This document shows, piece by piece, positions 35,560 through 47,404 of a DNA stretch of 48,091 bases. How positions within the stretch are numbered: the stretch's first letter is position 1; each line of letters opens with the position of its first letter. The stretch spans positions 81,353,912 to 81,402,002 of the forward strand of contig NC_057718.1 of assembly GCF_004010195.1 (NCBI RefSeq). The letters run 5' to 3'. The position numbers and the translations under genes are program-made. Origin of the DNA: Chiloscyllium plagiosum (Eukaryota). Under the pieces are notes generated by a model, which was given only the letters and a program-made list of their open reading frames with translations, did no database searches and was not told the DNA's origin.

Positions 35560-36165
35560 AAGGAGACAAAGATCCATCTCCTCTTCCAGATTCTCACCCT
35601 GTCACTGAGCTACCTTGTGCATATTGCAGCAAATAATCAATATTCTGGACACCCTGCTGGCAATTTCTGCAGTTCTCCTGAATGGTCCAGGCAAAGGAAG
35701 CACATTTTCAGAAGACCAGTTCTCTGCTCAGTAATGGCTGAAGTCAATGCATGTGCTGTACTGAAGCACTGTTTGGCAGCAGGCTGAAGATTTCACACTG
35801 GGATTATTTGCCATGCTCTCTGGGATGCACCTTTGTCAATCATGAGCCAGTACTGGAAATAATTCATGAAGACCTTGGGAGATGTGCAGAACATGACCAT
35901 CACAGCAGCTATCTGGAGAGCAGGCACAAACCATCAGGAATTTTTACCTGTGATCACAAACAAGTTAGACGATAAGGAGTGAAACTCCCTGTTCAGGAAT
36001 CTGGCTGGCTGATGACATGGAGCTCTAAACACTACATGTATGCATCTGTTCTCATTTGTGCCAGAGGTAACCCAGACGTATGAATCTGGTAGCTTGACTG
36101 CACAAATTCATAGCTTTCCTGAAAGAAGGTCATTGGTGAATTCACAAATGCATTTGTAAGATTCA
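35560..36165 (-). pseudogene. Fossil PIF/Harbinger DDE transposase (HARBI1-like), with frameshifts and stops
   Basis: Hand translation across frames, in the correct order: CIHVVFRAPCHQPARFLNREFHSL / V*LVCDHR*KFLMVCACSPDSCCDGHVLHISQ / WLMIDKGASQRAWQIIPV*NLQPAAKQCFSTAHALTSAITEQRTGLLKMCFLCLDHSG / RVSRILIICCNMHK. These correspond to DCTH, NRKxxHSL, VCD, PGSxHD, WLLGDxG, AH..E..GLLKxRFRCLD and CCxLHN. Confidence 0.88.
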
Positions 36166-36284
36166 TCCCAGTGAAAACGCCCCAACTTTCATATGCCATG
36201 CATGACTTTCTTTTGGGCTGTCTTATTCCCAGTCGAGCTTTCTGTTGGGTCTAGTTGTTGTTGCAGCACACACACTTTGAATGA

Positions 36285-36416
36285 AAGTAGAATACTGCAG
36301 AAGTTGGAAATTTGGAACACACACACAAAATGCCAGAGAAAACTCAGCTGGTCTGGCAGGATCTATAGAGAAAAACAACTAATAGTTTGAATCCAGTATG
36401 ATTCCTCTTTGGAACT
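36285..36416 (-). mobile_element. Degraded PLE pLTR tip (family C-like)
   Basis: aatactgcagaagttggaaat..aaaatgccagagaaaactcagctggtctggcaggatct resembles the reverse complement of 16955-17030. The hammerhead has decayed. Confidence 0.55.
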
Positions 36417-37395
36417 TTCCTGACAGTACTCAAATATCTGATTAATAGCTGTTATTTTCAAACCTGTGTATACTATGGATGTACAAAGAAAAAGAATACA
36501 CTGTTTGCAATGTCATGAAGTCAGAATATAATTATGTCTCTTCAAAGTTAATCCTCAAATTGGAGATTCGTTACTCTTTCAAGTTCTATCAGTAGATGAA
36601 TAGGCACTGTCTAAATGAAGAGAAAACTGTCTTATTAGCAGTTTCATATCACGTAGTGGCTTTGCAAACGTAGTCATTTTCCCTATTTTTGCTGCATCTA
36701 AACATTCAAATCACACCTCATTCCTATCTCGCCCGCAAGAGTGTATCAGACATTCTGAGACTCACCAGTTTCGGCTTGACTGTTTGAACATACCATTGGT
36801 CTGCTTCCCACATTCAGTTTTCTTAAACCTGTAATCGTCCAAACTCTACTGCCTGTGTCCTAACTTTGATTAAGGACTTGCTTGAAGTGGCAGTGAAAGT
36901 TGTGAGAATGGCAGATAATTGGAAGGTTGATACTGGAGGGATAGCAACCTTAAATTAAGTCCTGAATGGAAAGACTCATGATTAACTTTCCAACTCTATT
37001 GCTAATTAAGGCCCTTAGTACTCAGTTAATGCCCCCTTAACGACTCTATTCTACCTGAGTTGGAACTACATCAGCTTGAGGTAAGATGAGAAAGAGCCAA
37101 TCTATCTAGATAGTGAGCCAGTGTTGTCCATTTGGCAATGGGATGCTCAAAACCTTTACTAATTTGAGCAAAACTGAAGGAATAGGCCTGGTTTAGGGAA
37201 GGTTGGCTTCTGAGAGTCACTACCTTGCCTTTGTTTCTGAGTTCATAATTCCAACAGAATACCTACCAGCAGCCAGTTGGGTACCACATTAACAGAAAAT
37301 CCTGTGGGATCCTTATTTCTAAATCTCTCTATTGCTTTTCCTGTCCCTATCTCTATTTCCCTCATATCTTTGCTCGCCAATTTCTTATCTGTTGA

Positions 37396-38125
37396 GCCGA
37401 AGAAGCTGTTTCACCCTTATACTATGCAGTAGAAACAGGAGTGATACTTGCAACAGGATGCTGCCACTCAGCCAAAGAGATGGTTTGCTTATCATGCAAA
37501 TGAGTAATGTGGTATATGAATTTCAGTGCTGTCGTGATGCTAAGTATGTAGACCACATAACCCAAAGACAAGCAGATTGTATAAAGTAACTCATCTCTTT
37601 AGCTTTTTGCAAAAAGCAGAGCACTGACTGTACCTAACCAGTTCTCTCTCTCAATTTGCAACACAGTATCTTGATGTGGTTTTATAATTGGACTACATTT
37701 TTCTGACAAGTATGTGAAGATTTTCACTGACAACCGATTGAGCATTGAGAGTCAGGTTTGCGATATACTTGCACAACTTGTGTACACTGGAAACTGTATA
37801 TATTAATACACACGGTCTTCCTGGGTTCTTTTCAGACAATGAACATGTACACTCATTATGTCTGTCCCAAATCAATGACATATGTGATAACCACTCATTC
37901 ATTAGTTTCGCAGGGGCAATGACTTGAGCAATGAGAATCAATTTGCTGATTTGAAGTTTAAACAAATTAATTGTCAATCATCAATACCAATCAGTTCATT
38001 TGCATGCCAATTAGCACTCTTTAGTTATACAGTATAACTGGTGATTTTCCCCTTAATTTGATATTTTTGCAAATTGTTTAGATAAGTACAAGATGAAAAG
38101 CTCCAACGAGATGCATTTTTTTGGA
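37396..38125 (+). mobile_element. Degraded PLE (family D): GIY-YIG domain and 3' region
   Basis: QMSNVVYEFQCCRDAKYVDHITQRQADCIK matches VVY..C.C..YVG.T.Q.L..RI, followed by LCTLETVYINTHG. Possible hammerhead relic gataagtacaagatgaaa near 38081-38098. Confidence 0.8.
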
Positions 38126-38751
38126 AAAATTCAGATTGGAAAATAGAGGCATCATTGCTGTAGCACTTTAAGGCACAGATTTCTGAAATTAATAGTTCCA
38201 TGATACACTATTGATCATCAAATTATTTTACAAGCACTGAAATGATACTGTTTAGGTTTTTTAGCAGAAAGGGGTAGGGGGCCTGGTGCTTGGTGAAACT
38301 CTCACAGGAACATTCAAGTTTGTAATCTCTCTCCCAAGTTGCTGTAATGTGTACATAAGACTAATTTTGACAGGAGGGGCAAATCCTTTAAGTTGGAAAT
38401 TAGAATTCCACACTTGAAAAAGAATAACAGAAACGAAGATTTGACTAAAACAAAATGTTTGTTGTTTTGATTTATCTAATTGTTATTTTAGTTTTTACTA
38501 ATCAAAGGCACTAAACAGGATCTTGAGGACTCAAAGTACGAGGGGGCAGTTTTTGCTGCATTATCATCAATGAAAAGTCAGTCTGTCAGAGCTCAGTAAC
38601 GCCTGTGATGTCAGTTCAATCTTTGAGCTGCCTCAATTCAATCTTGATGGCCAGCCGCTTTTCCCATTGTGTTACCCTGTTTGTGCAGTGATACTGTTGG
38701 AGGAATAACGAACTGGGCTTCACCTCAGAAGGTGAAGTTCCAAAATGAAGG

Positions 38752-38822
38752 CGCCTAGCGTGGGGCTTGAACTCTCAACCGTTAGATTAAACTCACGCTC
38801 TATCTCACTGAGCTTGCTGGGC
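38752..38822 (-). pseudogene. tRNA-Lys(CTT)-derived pseudogene
   Basis: Minus strand gcccagcaagctcagtgagatagagcgtgagtttaatctaacggttgagagttcaagccccacgctaggcg aligns end to end with vertebrate tRNA-Lys-CTT (GCCCGGCTAGCTCAG...GAGCCCCACGTTGGGCG). The anticodon arm is damaged. Confidence 0.75.
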
Positions 38823-38986
38823 CTTCCCCATTGTGACATTATGGCATCATTGAACTACAATCAACAACCCTCAGATAATGAACATGTTACATAAAAAAGA
38901 GCAAATGATCTGTAGGATGAACAGAGTTGAAATGAGACTGAATGGCAAATATAAATTCAGGTAACCTAATTAATATTAACTTCTTA

Positions 38987-39733
38987 AAAGTTTGTGAGAA
39001 GATTTGTAGCTCGGATGCTCGTTATTGTGGTTCTGTTCGCCGAGCTGGGAATTTGTGTTGCAGACGTTTCGTCCCCTGTCTAGGTGACATCCTCAGTGCT
39101 TGGGAGCCTCCTGTGAAGCGCTTCTGTGATCTTTCCTCCGCCATTTGTAGTGGTTTGAATCTGCCGCTTCCGGTTGTCAGTTCCAGCTGTCCGCTGCAGT
39201 GGTCGGTATATTGGGTCCAGGTCGATGTGCTTATTGATTGAATCTGTGGATGAGTGCCATGCCTCTAGGAATTCCCTGGCTGTTCTCTGCTTGGCTTGTC
39301 CTATAATGTAGTGTTGTCCTTTGGGTTGCGGCATGTCCTCATTCCGTTGTCTTTCCCTTAGGCATCTATTGATAAAATTGCGCGGGTATCCGTTTATTCG
39401 CCAAAAATCTGCCGCTTCCGCTCACACGCAGATGACAAGCAACATGAATTCGACTGGGACAACACTACTATTATAGGACAAGCCAAACAGAGAACAGCCA
39501 GGGAATTCCTAGGGGCATGGCATTCATCCACAGATTCAATCAATAAGCACATCGACCTGGACCCAATATACCGGCCACTGCAGTGGACAGCTGGAACTGA
39601 CAACCGGAAGCGGCAGATTCAAATCACTACAAATACCGGAGGAAAGATCACAGAAACGCTTCACAGGAGGCTCCCTAGCACTGAGGATGTCACCTAGACA
39701 GGGGACGAAGCGTCTGCAACACAAATTCCCAAC
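38987..39733. mobile_element. Young PLE (family B) in inverted fold-back arrangement
   Basis: Minus arm 38987-39320, a short internal piece (GYPRNFINRCLRERQRNEDMPQPK on the minus strand), then plus arm 39420-39733. Flanks ttaacttcttaaaa (38976) and ttaacattcttaaaa (39734) look like a TSD. Confidence 0.93.
39060..39099 (-). ncRNA. Minimal type I hammerhead ribozyme motif (PLE family B), intact core
   Basis: Minus strand reads GCA-CTGAGGA-t-GTCACC-tagaca-GGGGAC-GAAA-c-GTC^TGC. The partner copy at 39678-39717 (+) has GAAG instead of GAAA. Confidence 0.78.
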
Positions 39734-40604
39734 TTAACATTCTTAAAAATAGCTTAGCTTTGTTTCACACAGTGTACAAGTAATGTACCCTCTCTAGAGG
39801 TCAGACCTTGTGTAATACCTTGTACACATTTCTCTGTTGCAATAGGGTGTCTAAAGGATTGCCTAGAGGAAAGATTGATTGCATCAGCTTGCTTCATTTG
39901 ATCAGCTGTCCGCTATACTGGAGGAGAGAAGAACTCATAAAAATACAGTGGCTTCCTTAATGGCTTTGGTTTCTAGAGCTGCAGGTTGATAGAGGATGAG
40001 AAATTGAGATCTGTGGCGTCAGTGAATGTATAAGTCAATAGAACAGCCTGTATGTGGTATGCAGAGAATGCTGGATATACCTTTAAAGCTGATAGCTTAA
40101 AGAAATGCAAGCATTTCTGACAAGACATTCGATATGCCATCAGATTTGAGGCAACAAAGATATTACATTGTGATATTGGTGGAAGTGCAGTAACCATCTG
40201 CCATGGAGATGGTTAGTGCTTTATACAATAAACAGTGACATCTCCCAGGCCAACTGGTGAATTTCTGAACACCTTATCTTGTGTAGTTACTCACTTAACT
40301 GAGTTCTCCATTTAATTGGGGTTGAAAAGTTTAATGATCAAGACTTAATGACAGACTAAATCATTTCTTAAAGTTATATTTCACTTTTTTGTGAGCCTGA
40401 ATAGGAGAGGAAGGTTGTCACTTTTGGACTGGCTTAATTGGTGCTGTATAATTTTAGGACCAATTTGACCATTTTTCTATCACGTTCTGATTGGGGTGGG
40501 AGGTGGAGAATTCCCTTTTGAAAATATTGTTTATGTGAAAGCTGTCTAAATCATGCAAGTGAAGAAAGTTAACCTTTACATGACCTTTAACAATACTCAA
40601 GATC

Positions 40605-41070
40605 AACATGGAAAGGCAACAGAAAAGTCGAGCTCAAAAGACAAGTTGCACATATTGTGGAGGTGTTCACATGAAATACAAAACCAGCATTTCCAGTATG
40701 GAAAAGTGTTCTAACTGCAAGAAGATAAATCATTTTGTACAAAAATGTTCAGTGAGGAAGCAAACAAACAAGCCTGCAGAGGTGATTGCAACTATAATGC
40801 CAGACAAAGACTTAGATGAAGCAATCATGGGTAGTAGAGAGTGTTGGATAAAGATTCAATTGAGCATACTTGGAACCAAATATCTGAAGGAAAAAAAGCA
40901 GTTTGTAACTTTTGCAATGAAGACACCAGGACATTGAGAGAGTATATGAAATGCCAATTAAATGCTGGTACTTATCACAACATTGAATTTGCAGCCCTGT
41001 GTAAAGTTACACTAGAGGCAATCTAAAAGTGAAACCCTTAAAGTTAAAGTTGAGTGTCTTTGTTGAAACA
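40605..41070 (+). mobile_element. Degraded Ty3/Gypsy gag zinc-knuckle and protease remnant
   Basis: CTYCGGVH and CSNCKKINHFVQKC (CX2CX4HX4C), followed by MKCQLNAGTYHNI, which resembles the aspartic protease xxLDTGAxxN motif. Confidence 0.7.
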
Positions 41071-41074
41071 GATA

Positions 41075-42385
41075 CCATATATACTCAAGTAAAAGTCAAT
41101 TTCATATAAAAGTCGACTCCCTATTTTTGGCCAAAGGATCTGGAATTTTCCATATATATCATGTAAAAGTCAACCCTAGTCCTTCACAGAAAACATATCA
41201 GCATTTATGAGTCAAAGTATTATCCTCTACATAAATGTTACATCTACAATGATTGGTGACACTATATGAGAGTCAAATATCTGGTAACTTTTTTTATCAG
41301 AAATAAAAGCTTAAAATGTTAGTTTGAACAACTCAAACAACAGCAGACGAAAGAAAACTGAGGGAAATGGAAGAAATTGACAGAAAAGTTTAAACATATC
41401 AGGTCAGAGTCAGGTGTGTGCAGCTCTGCTGAGCTCAATTCCCCTGTAACTCTCATGGAATATAGAATCTGATTTTGAAATTTCTTCTTCATTTTGTGTA
41501 AAAATGCTCTCCAGAAAAAGCAAAAATATATACCAACGTTTAAACTAAAAGCTATTGAAATTGCAGAGAAGACAAAAACTGCAGCGACAATTACCGTAAT
41601 TTATTGGGTTTTTAAAATTCGTTTAGCAAGCAATTGGGCTTCTGCTAATGATACAGTATTTTGGACTATAGCATGAATTTCAGCCCCTCAAAAGCAGTAT
41701 CCTTGTAATAGATGACTGCATAAATTTAACGTTAAATATAGTCTAAAAAATTTGACTTTTACGTGAGTATATACGATATCTCATGTAAAAGTCGACCCTA
41801 ATTCTTCACAGATGACAAGGTATTATCCTGTACATAAATGTTGTGGTGAGGAAATGAGTATTTTTGTGTTATGTATTTTGATGTGCAATCCACACCAACG
41901 TTAGGCTACCGATCTCTTAAATTTATTATTGTACAAGCACTATAATTGGTGTGATACAAAATTCATCCATTATAATTCCCTACATAAGATAGGTGTATAT
42001 GCATTTACTTCACTATAGTTACTGTGCAGCTGTTGATGATTTCTCAAGTCTACAGTGATCAGTGATACTCTGAGAGTCAAATGATATGTTTTTTTTATCA
42101 GAAATAAAAGCTTAAAATGTTAGTTTGAAAAACTAAAACAACAATAGATGAGCGAAAACTGAGGGAAATGGAAGAATTTGGCATGAAAGTTTAAGAAGCA
42201 TCAGGTTAGTCAGGTGACAATCTCCCTTTGTGTGCAGCTCAGCTGAGCTCAGTTCCCCTGTAGCACTCATGGAATTACCAGAATTTGTGCATGAATTTCA
42301 GCCCCTCAAAAGTAGTATCCATTTAATAGTCGACGCCATAAATTTAACCTTAAAAAAAATCTGACTTTTACACAAGTATATATGG
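41075..42385 (+). mobile_element. Non-autonomous pogo/Tc2-type DNA transposon, partial tandem dimer
   Basis: TA|ccatatatactcaagtaaaagtca ... tgacttttacacaagtatatatgg|TA, with an extra right TIR at 41753-41776. 41158-41776 is largely repeated at 41780-42385. KQKYIPTFKLKAIEIAEKT resembles the Brinker-type DNA-binding N-terminus of pogo/Tc2 transposases. Confidence 0.85.
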
Positions 42386-42837
42386 TATATAAATGACAAA
42401 AAACAAGGTCAGCTGAGAAGATTTTGAAAGCAAATCAGGGAGCGCATCATTCTAATTAGATGTTGGAGAAAAAGCAAACTCTTTGTCTTTCATCGAAAGA
42501 TGGAGGGACTTAAAAGATTATGCATGCCATGCTTGTAATTGTGTGGACAAAGTGGGATGAGCTAGAATAACAAATAGTTGTTAATGGGTGATAGTAATTC
42601 TAACAAATAGTTGAAATCGTGGATAATTAAAAATATTGATGATCCATCACATTTTTTTCTTTTGGGTATCAAAAAGGGTTGCTTGGACTGAAGACAGTCA
42701 TGCTGATGTCAGTTGTCATTTGCCATGACTTCATGAGACACCCTATAGGCAAACGTCTTGAGTCCTTGTGTTACTATGTTGCTACGTTGGACATTCAAAA
42801 CTGAGAGAACTATGGGTGTGCTTACACCCTGAGGATT

Positions 42838-45800
42838 CTTTTAAAATTCATTTGTGGGGCTTGAGCATCACTGGCTGGCCAGCATTGCTAGCCCATCCCT
42901 ATTTACCCTTGAGAAGGTGGTGATGAGCTGCCTCCTTGAATTACTGCAGTCCACTTGCTGACCCATAATGCCGATAGGGAGGGAATTCCAGGATTTTGAC
43001 CCAACGACTGTGAAGGAACGGCGGTATATTTCCAAGTCAGGATGGTGAGTGGCCTGGAGGGGAACTTGCAGGTGCTGGTGTTCCCAAGTACCTGCTGCCC
43101 TTGTCCTTCTAGCTGGAAGTGGTCATGGGTTTGGAAGTGCTGTCTGACGATCTTTGGTGAACTTCTGCAATGCATCTTGTAAGTCGTATACACTGCTGCT
43201 ACTGAGCACTGGTGGTGGAGGGATTGAATGTTTGTGGATGTGATGCCAATCAAGCAGGTTGCTTTGTCCTGGATGGTGTTAAACTTCTTGAGTGTTGTTG
43301 GAGCTGCACCCATCCAGGCAAGTGGAGAGTATTCCATCACACTCCTGACTTGTGCCTTGGGGTGTCAAGAGGTGAGTTACTCATTGCAGTATCCCTCATC
43401 TTTGACCTGCTCTTGTAGTCACTATGTTTATGTGGTGAATCCAGTTGAGCTTCTGGTCAATGGTAACCCAAGGATGTTGACAGTAGGGGATTCAGTGATG
43501 GTAATACCATTGAATGTCAATTATTGTTGATGGTCATCGTCTGGCTTTTGTGCGGCACAAATGTTTCTTGCCACTTGTTGGTCCAAGCCTGGATATTGAC
43601 CAGATCTTGTTGAATTTGAGCATGGACTGCTTCAGTATCTGAGGAATCACAAATGGCGCTGAACACTGTGCAATCATTGACAAACATACCCACTCTGACC
43701 TTATGACAAAGGGAATGTCATTGATGAAGCAGCTGAAGATTGTTGGGCCTAGGACACTACCCTGAGGGACTGCTGCAGAAATGTCCTGGAGCTGAGATGA
43801 CTGACCCTTCATAACCACAACCATCTTCCTTTGTGCCAGGTATGACTGTAACCAGTGGAGTGTTTGCTCCCTGATACGCATTGATTCCAGTTTTGTCAGG
43901 GCTCCTTGATGCCATACTCAGTCAAATGTGACCTTGATGTCAAGGGTTGTCACTCTCACCTCATCCCTGGAATTGAGCTCTTTTGCCCATGTTCGAACCA
44001 AGGCTGTAATGAGATAAAGAGCTGAGTGATCCTGGCGAAACCCAAATTAGGTGTCACTGAGCAAGTGCTGCTTGATAGCACTGTTGATGACACCTTCCAT
44101 CACTTTACTGATGGTGGAGAATAGACTGATTGATTGGCCGGGTTGGATTTGTCCTGCGTTTGTATACAGGACATTTCTGGGCAATTTTCCACATTGTCGG
44201 GTAGATGCCAGTGTTGTAACTGTACTGCAACAACTTGGCTAGGGGACCAGCAAGTTCTCGAGCACATGCCTCCAGTAATGTTGCCGGAATGTTATCAGAG
44301 CCCATTGCCTTTGCAGTATCCAGTGCCTTCAGCCGTTTCCTGATATCACATGGAGTGAATAGAATTGGCTGGAGACTGGTATCTGTGATGCTGGGGACTA
44401 CTGGAGGAGCCCAAAATGGATCATCCACTTGGCACTTCTGACTGAAGAGTGTTGTAAGTGCATCAGCCTTATCTTTTGTACTGATGTGCTGGGCACCTCC
44501 ATCATTGAGGATGGGGTTATTTGTGGAGCTGCCTCCTCCAGTGAGTTTTTAATTGTCCACCACCATTCACAGCTGAATGTGGAAGGACTGCAGAGCTTTG
44601 GTCTGATCCGTTGGTTGTGGGATTGCTTAGCTCTATCTATCACTTGCTGTTTATATCATTTTGGCGCACACAGTTCTGTTTGGTAGCTTCACCAGGTTGA
44701 CACCTCCTTTTTAGGTATGCTTGATGCTGCTCCTGGCATGCCTTCCTACACTCTCCATTGAACCAGGGTTGATCCCCTGGCTTAATGGTAATGGTTTGAG
44801 TGGGGGATATGCCAGGCCATGAGGTTGCAGATTGTGCTGGAGTAGAGTTCTGCTGCTTTTGATGGCCCATAGCACCTCATGGATGCCCAGTCTTGAGCTG
44901 CTAGATCGGTTAGAAGTCTGTCCCATTTAGCATGGTGACAGTGCCACACAACACGATGGAGGTTATTCTCAGTGTGAAGGCGGGACTTCTTCTCCACAAG
45001 GACAGTGCTGTGTCACTTTTACCTATACTGTCATGGACAGATGCTTCTGCAGCTGGCAGATTAGTAAGGATGAGGTCAAATATGTTTCTTCCTCTTGTTG
45101 GTTCCTTCACCACCTGCCGTTGACCCAGTCTAGCAGTTATATCCTTTAGGACTCAACCAGCTCGATCAGTAATGTTGCTGCTGCCGAGCCACTCTTGGTG
45201 GTGGACATTGAAATCCCCCACCCAGAGTACATTTTGCATCCTTGCCACCCTCAGTGCTTCCTCCAAGTGTTGTTCAATGTGGAGGAGTACTGATTCATCA
45301 GCCAAGGGAGAACGGTATGTTGTAACCAGTAAGAGATTTCCTTGCCCATGTTTAACCTGAAACCGTGAGACTTCATGGAGTCCAGAGCCAATGTCAAGGA
45401 CTCTCAACTGTATTCCACTGTGCCGCCACCTCTGCTGGGTCTGTTCTATAGGTGGGACAGGACATATCAAGGGATTGTAATGGTGGTGTCTGGGGTGTTA
45501 TCTGTAAAGTATGATTCCACAAGAATGACTATGTCAGGCTGTTGCTTGACTTGTCTGTGAGACAGCTTTCTCAATTTTGACAGTAGCCCCCAGATGTTGG
45601 TAAGGAGGACTTTGCATGATCGACAGGGTTGTTTGTGTTTTTGCCGTTTTCTTTTCAGGTTCCAAGATCAATGCCAGGTGGTCCATCCAGATTCATTTCT
45701 TTGTTGTGGTTTTCTAACAATTGATACAACTTAGTGGCTTGCTGGGCTATTTCAGGTGGCGGTTAAGAGTCAACCACATTGTTGTGGCTGTGGAGTCTCA

Positions 45801-45955
45801 TATATGCCAGTCTAGAAGGATGGCAAATTTCCTTCCCTAAAGGACATTAGTGAACCAGTTGAGTTTTTCTGACAATTGATAGTGGTTTCCTGGTCATCAG
45901 TTGACTCTTAATTCCAGATTTTTTTTCTATTGAATTTAAATTCCGCCATATGTAG
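42838..45955 (-). mobile_element. Near-full-length decayed APE-type LINE (CR1/L2 group)
   Basis: In order: TYRSP..WVGDFNVHH, EPTRGRNIFDLILTN, IGKSD, IKPGDQPWFNGEC, KAMGSDNIPA, VPQGSVLGPTIFSCFINDIP and MMEYSPLAW. There is about 350 bp of 5' non-coding leader and many frameshifts. Confidence 0.92.
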
Positions 45956-46191
45956 CAGTTCTTGTCTGCAGTAGTTCTTGATGGCAGATCACCGCTACTT
46001 TCTCAAGGGCAATTAGGGATGTAGGCAAATATTGTAAACATTTTATTCTTTTTGTTAGTGATATTCTTTAACAATATATCAAAGGATACTAATATTTGTT
46101 TGCCCATTCTAATTGCCCTGGAGAACATGGTGATCTTGCCAGCAACACTGAAATTCCATGAAAGTATTTTTAAAAAGCCAATGAAGTAGTG

Positions 46192-46456
46192 CTATCACTC
46201 CACCCTCCTCCCTGACCTATCACCTCCATCCCCACCCCCATTCACCTATTGTACTCTATGCTACTTTCTCCCCACCCCCACCCTCCTTTCATTTATCTCT
46301 CCACCCTGCAGGCACTCTGCCTCTATTCCTGATGAAGGGCTTTTGCCCGAAACATCGATTTTCTTGCTCCTCGGATGCTGCCTGAACTGCTGTGCTTTTC
46401 CAGCACCACTCTAATCTAGAATCTGGTTTCCAGCATCTGCAGCCCTTGTTTTTACC
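46192..46456 (+). mobile_element. PLE pLTR (family C) with hammerhead motif at 46325-46361
   Basis: Homologous to 16790-17030. attc-CTGATGA-a-GGGC-tttt-GCCC-GAAA-c-ATC-gatt, with GTC changed to ATC. Confidence 0.85.
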
Positions 46457-47038
46457 AAGTAGTACTGCAGTCAATTCCAGGAGATTGGTTATTAAATACA
46501 ATGTGGGAGAGGGAGATATAACAAAAGTGACAGTGAAAAGGGAAAGTGTAACATGTTCATTGCTTTATGTCGTTAAGCAGTGATTGTGATCAGTTCCATT
46601 ATTCTAATCAATGCAATTAGTACAGTAATTTGTGGTGAAGCAATGTAGCTTCAGAACATCTATGTGGACACCCATCGACCGTTTGTGTTTTTACATGCTG
46701 TGGAGATGGATTTCCAGTTTAAATCACAAGGGAGGCCAGTCTCCTGATCACATCTATTAATTACATAATCTATTCACTAGATGTTGAACAGAACACATAC
46801 ATTCGAAAGCATATGACACTCCTAAGATTATCAATGCTGCAACATGGAGAACATCCATAAGCGATACCCTAAATTCTTCTGCAAAGTTACATTCCCAAAG
46901 ACTCAGCAGGATTGGTTAATATGTCTAGTGATCTTTAATGGCTAATCACAGGGTCTGTAAATTTGTTGCATTGCCTACGGGATTTAGGGAGAAATTCTTG
47001 AGAGCTTTTCTTGAAATTCAGAAAGACTTTCATTCTTT

Positions 47039-47375
47039 GGGCAGCGCAATTCTTCAGTGGTTAGCACTGCTGCCTCACAGCACCAGGGACCTGAGTTCAG
47101 TTCCAACCTTGGTTGACTATGTGGAGTTTGTACATTCTCCCTAAGTCTGCATAGATTTCCCCCAAGTGATACGGTCCAAAGAGGTGCAGGTTAGGTGGAT
47201 TGACCATGCAAAATTGTCCCATAGTGTTCAGGGATGTGCAGGTTAGGTGGGGTAGCCATGGTAAATGCAGGGTTACAGGGATATAGTAGGGGGACTGGAT
47301 CTGGGTGGGATGCCCTTTGGAGGGTCATGCAGACTCAGTGTCAACTGGTCTTTTTACTGTAGGGATCCTATGATT
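47039..47375 (+). mobile_element. Older, diverged HE1-type SINE
   Basis: cagtggttagcactgctgcctcacagcaccagggacc..tgtggagtttgtacattctccc is homologous to 6678-6996. Confidence 0.88.
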
Positions 47376-47404
47376 ATTGTATTTTGGTGGCTCCTCCAGG
47401 TATT

